Assembly: GCF_963921235.1 (NCBI RefSeq)
Contig: NC_086097.1
Coordinates: forward strand, 207,516,001 to 207,580,000
Direction of reading: 5' to 3'
From: Mobula hypostoma
Lineage: Eukaryota
DNA: 64,000 nucleotides
Every line of letters starts with the position of its first letter. The first letter of the stretch is position 1. Made by a program: the position numbers and the translations under genes. Under the pieces are notes generated by a model, which was not told where the DNA came from, ran no database searches, and saw only the letters and a program-made list of their open reading frames with translations. Positions 60,861-64,000 of the stretch are shown here, piece by piece.

Positions 60861-61460
60861 CAGATTAGTGTAGAGCCTCTCCATGATTGTTGATCTTGAA
60901 TATCATGTTTACGATGGGTCTGCCGTTGACCAAACATTTCATTTTTCATTCACCTTGACTTTGACTGCCACCTAACTCTTCCGCCACAGAAATTATATTG
61001 GAATCAAGGTTTGCATGCAGCTTTGGCTGAGTAAATTACTTGACTGCACCTTAGTTAATATTGAAGTCATCTTTAATTTAACCTGGGTTTTTAACTAAAA
61101 TGCAGGAAACTCCAAAGCCAAAAGAATCCATGTCTAAATATTTAGATTACAACTCCAATTCAGAGCCAGAAAGTCTCCTACTTTAGCAGGGAACCTGGGA
61201 TTAAAGTTTTATCATCCTTTGTCATCATCCAACCTACAACCAGGGAAAAAGCTTCTCTTGGTGCTGGCTAGAGGCCACCTGCCACCTAAACATCCACTTT
61301 CTTCCACTCAAGCTACAGTCAATTAATTCTGGGCCTGCAGTTGACAGAGAATATTGACTGGCTGGTTTTACTTCTCACACAGTCCCATTCCTGTCTGAAT
61401 ATGTGTTCCCCTTTATACAGAGCAAAAGAAAGTCACTCACAATAGAAACGCAAGAGATTT

Positions 61461-62310
61461 TCATAGTCATAGTCATAGTCATACTTCATTGATCCCGAGG
61501 GAAATTGGTTTTCGTTACAGTTGCACCATAAATAATTAAATAGTAATATGTAAATTATGCCAGGAAATAAGTCCAGGACCAGCCTATTGATTCAGGGTGT
61601 CTGACCCTCCAAGAGAGGAGCTGTAAAGTTTGATGTCCACAGGCAGGAATAACTTCCTATGACGCTCTGTGTTGCATCTCGGTGGAATGAGTCTCTGGCT
61701 GAATGTACTCCTGTGCCCACCCAGTACATTATGTAGTGGATGGGAGACATTGTCCAAGATGGCATGCAACTTGGACAGCATCCTCTTTTCAGACACCACC
61801 GTCAGAGAGTCCAGTTCCATCCCCACAACATCACTGGCCTTACGAATGAGTTTGTTGATTCTGTTGGTGTCTGCTACCCTCAGCCTGCTGCCCCAGCACA
61901 CAACAGCAAACATGATAGCACTGGTCACCACAGACTCGTAGAACATCCTCAGCATCGTCCGGCAGATGTTAAAGGACCTCAGTCTCCTCAGGAAATAGAG
62001 ACGGCTCAGACCATTCTTATAGACAGCCTCTGTGTTCTTTGACAGTTTATTGTTAATTCGTATCCCCAGGTATTTGTAATCCTCCACCATGTCCACACTG
62101 ACCCCCTGGATGGAAACAGGGGTCTGGTACCTTAGCTCTCCTCAGGTCTACCATCAGCTCCTTAGTCTTTTTCACATTAAGCTGCAGATAATTCTGCTCA
62201 CACCATGTGACAAAGTTTCCTACCGTAGCCCTGTACTCAGCCTCATCTCCCTTGCTGATGCATCCAACTATGGCAGAGCCATCAGAAAACTTCTGAAGAT
62301 GACAAGACTC
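61461..62310 (-). mobile_element. Rex1 LINE, 5'-truncated
   Basis: CHLQKFSDGSAIVG, SRLYFLRRLRSFNIC and LDNVSHPLH, with an (ATGACT)n tail. Confidence 0.92.
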
Positions 62311-64000
62311 CAAGGAAAGCATTTCCTTTCTTCAGGTCAAGCTCTCCAGAAATAACATACAGGGGCACAGTGGTGGAAACTAAAAGATTCTGCAGGGATA
62401 AAGCTTGTATATATTTCCCCATTGTTACATTGAGGCTAGAAATAGACATCAGTCAAGCTTCAACACAAACTAATATTTTATTCCACTTAAGAGTTCACAA
62501 CAATTCACTCACTTTGCTACATATTTTCTATTCAGTATTACAAAGAACATCTGTCCATTATGTTATTGGTGTTTGTAGGAGCTTGCTATGCACAAATCGG
62601 CTGCTTTGTTTCCAACACCTCAACAGCTATTATAATTTTAAGAATGCTTCATTAATTATAATAGCATAAGTAGCATCAAGAATGATTTACAGCTTCTGGC
62701 AGCAATATTACACCAATTATCTTTTTTTAGCTACTGTTGCTATGTAACACACTGAAACTTCTCCTGAATTATCCCCCCCCCCACCATATCATTCAGTCTT
62801 TTTCATTGAACACACTGGTTTGCTGTTTTACATTTTCTTTGGAGAATATTGAACCAGAATGTGGAAGGTTTTACCAGTCAACACAAGTAATATACAAGGA
62901 CAATTTCTGCTTGTGGCTATTTCGTAGCTGTTTGCACAATATTTCAAAAATCACAATGTTATTTGAAACAGCAATGCAAGTAAATATTTCAATTCTTTTT
63001 ATGAAGTAGTATGCCATAGTGATCTTGATTTTCTGAAACATAGGATATGCAAAACCAGATAGAAATCTGGTATTATTTCTTATTAACTGACCATAGGATA
63101 GATCAGTTTAATTAACAACTCTGGTTGGCACGTTGTTATGAAGTGATATCATTAAGGATGATTGCTTACTGACCCTTCTCACTACTCTAGCTAACAAATT
63201 AATGAGCACATAGCTATTCAGTGCCACAAACTGGAATATATTTTTACCTTCGGTATATCACTTAAGGCTGTTATTTACTGCAATAAATATATCTTTAAGT
63301 GTTACATTGGTGGATTTACATGTTGGTTTATCATCACATTGCATCATACAGAGGCTGGAAGTAGGAATATGCTCAGAACCTACGTATTTACATAATTTAC
63401 CATTAATCATGAATAGCTGGTGTTGAGTGGTGGTTAAGCACTTCATTATGTGGAACAACAACAAAAAAGAGGATTTGTTAACCAATTCTGGACTTTAGAA
63501 GCAGTATAAAAATAGTCTCAAACTATGGGACTCAATTTTAACTCAAAAAAGAATTGGAATGAGGTGACCCAAAATAAGTGGTAAATTATTCTTGCTTTGA
63601 CAGTTCTCCTCCTGACCACAGGGAACCCCCTCCTCACACCGCCCCCCCAGAAAGAGTCAGGACAATGCACCCAGCCACAACACATGCTGTCCAGTCTCTT
63701 AAAGACCGTCTGGCCTACAGTTTGAAGTCCCTTTTTAAATAGATGTCAAAACTGAGAAAGAATCGAAGCACAGAAGTATATAATCAGGGCGTACTTCTTC
63801 AACCCATTCCAAGGCTAAAATGATACCAGCCACCACAGATGTGAATACTGATACTTTGTTGGCAATTTTTTCATGATGCTCACCTGAAACTTTGAAACAT
63901 AAACAGAAACACATGAATGACTTGCCACTGGATATTTTGAACCATCTGTATACACATGTAGGAAAGCATAGTATCTATCTTGCATATAATGCTGAGATAT

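Overview
This is eukaryotic, repeat-dense, non-coding DNA. It is most consistent with a cartilaginous fish (shark or ray), an inference from the dominance of CR1/HER1-like LINEs with HE1/V-SINE-like SINEs, Rex1/Babar and Penelope copies; no species can be named. I found no host protein-coding gene, rRNA, intact tRNA or CRISPR array. Nearly every ORF in the track is a fragment of a decayed transposon or an antisense shadow of one. Well over half the window is transposon-derived: many CR1 LINEs of several subfamilies, Rex1/Babar, RTE and L2 LINEs, Penelope-like (GIY-YIG) elements and their short palindromic derivatives, a Mag-like Gypsy remnant, solo LTRs, a Tc1 (DD34E) fragment, a hAT-Charlie non-autonomous element and a TIR-to-TIR Chapaev3-like DNA transposon. 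Many insertions are nested and have readable target-site duplications (TSDs). The most notable signals are: (1) minimal hammerhead-ribozyme motifs in Penelope-family ends, with short hairpin derivatives that insert with long TSDs and into each other; (2) the Chapaev3-like element, which carries a locally templated insertion; (3) a hAT element carrying a CR1 tail; (4) non-coding elements with a YY1-motif head and a Rex1-type tail; (5) a self-complementary compound microsatellite. I see no convincing evidence of a wholly new biological system. Family assignments rest on motif recognition by eye, not on database searches, and most element boundaries without a TSD are approximate.
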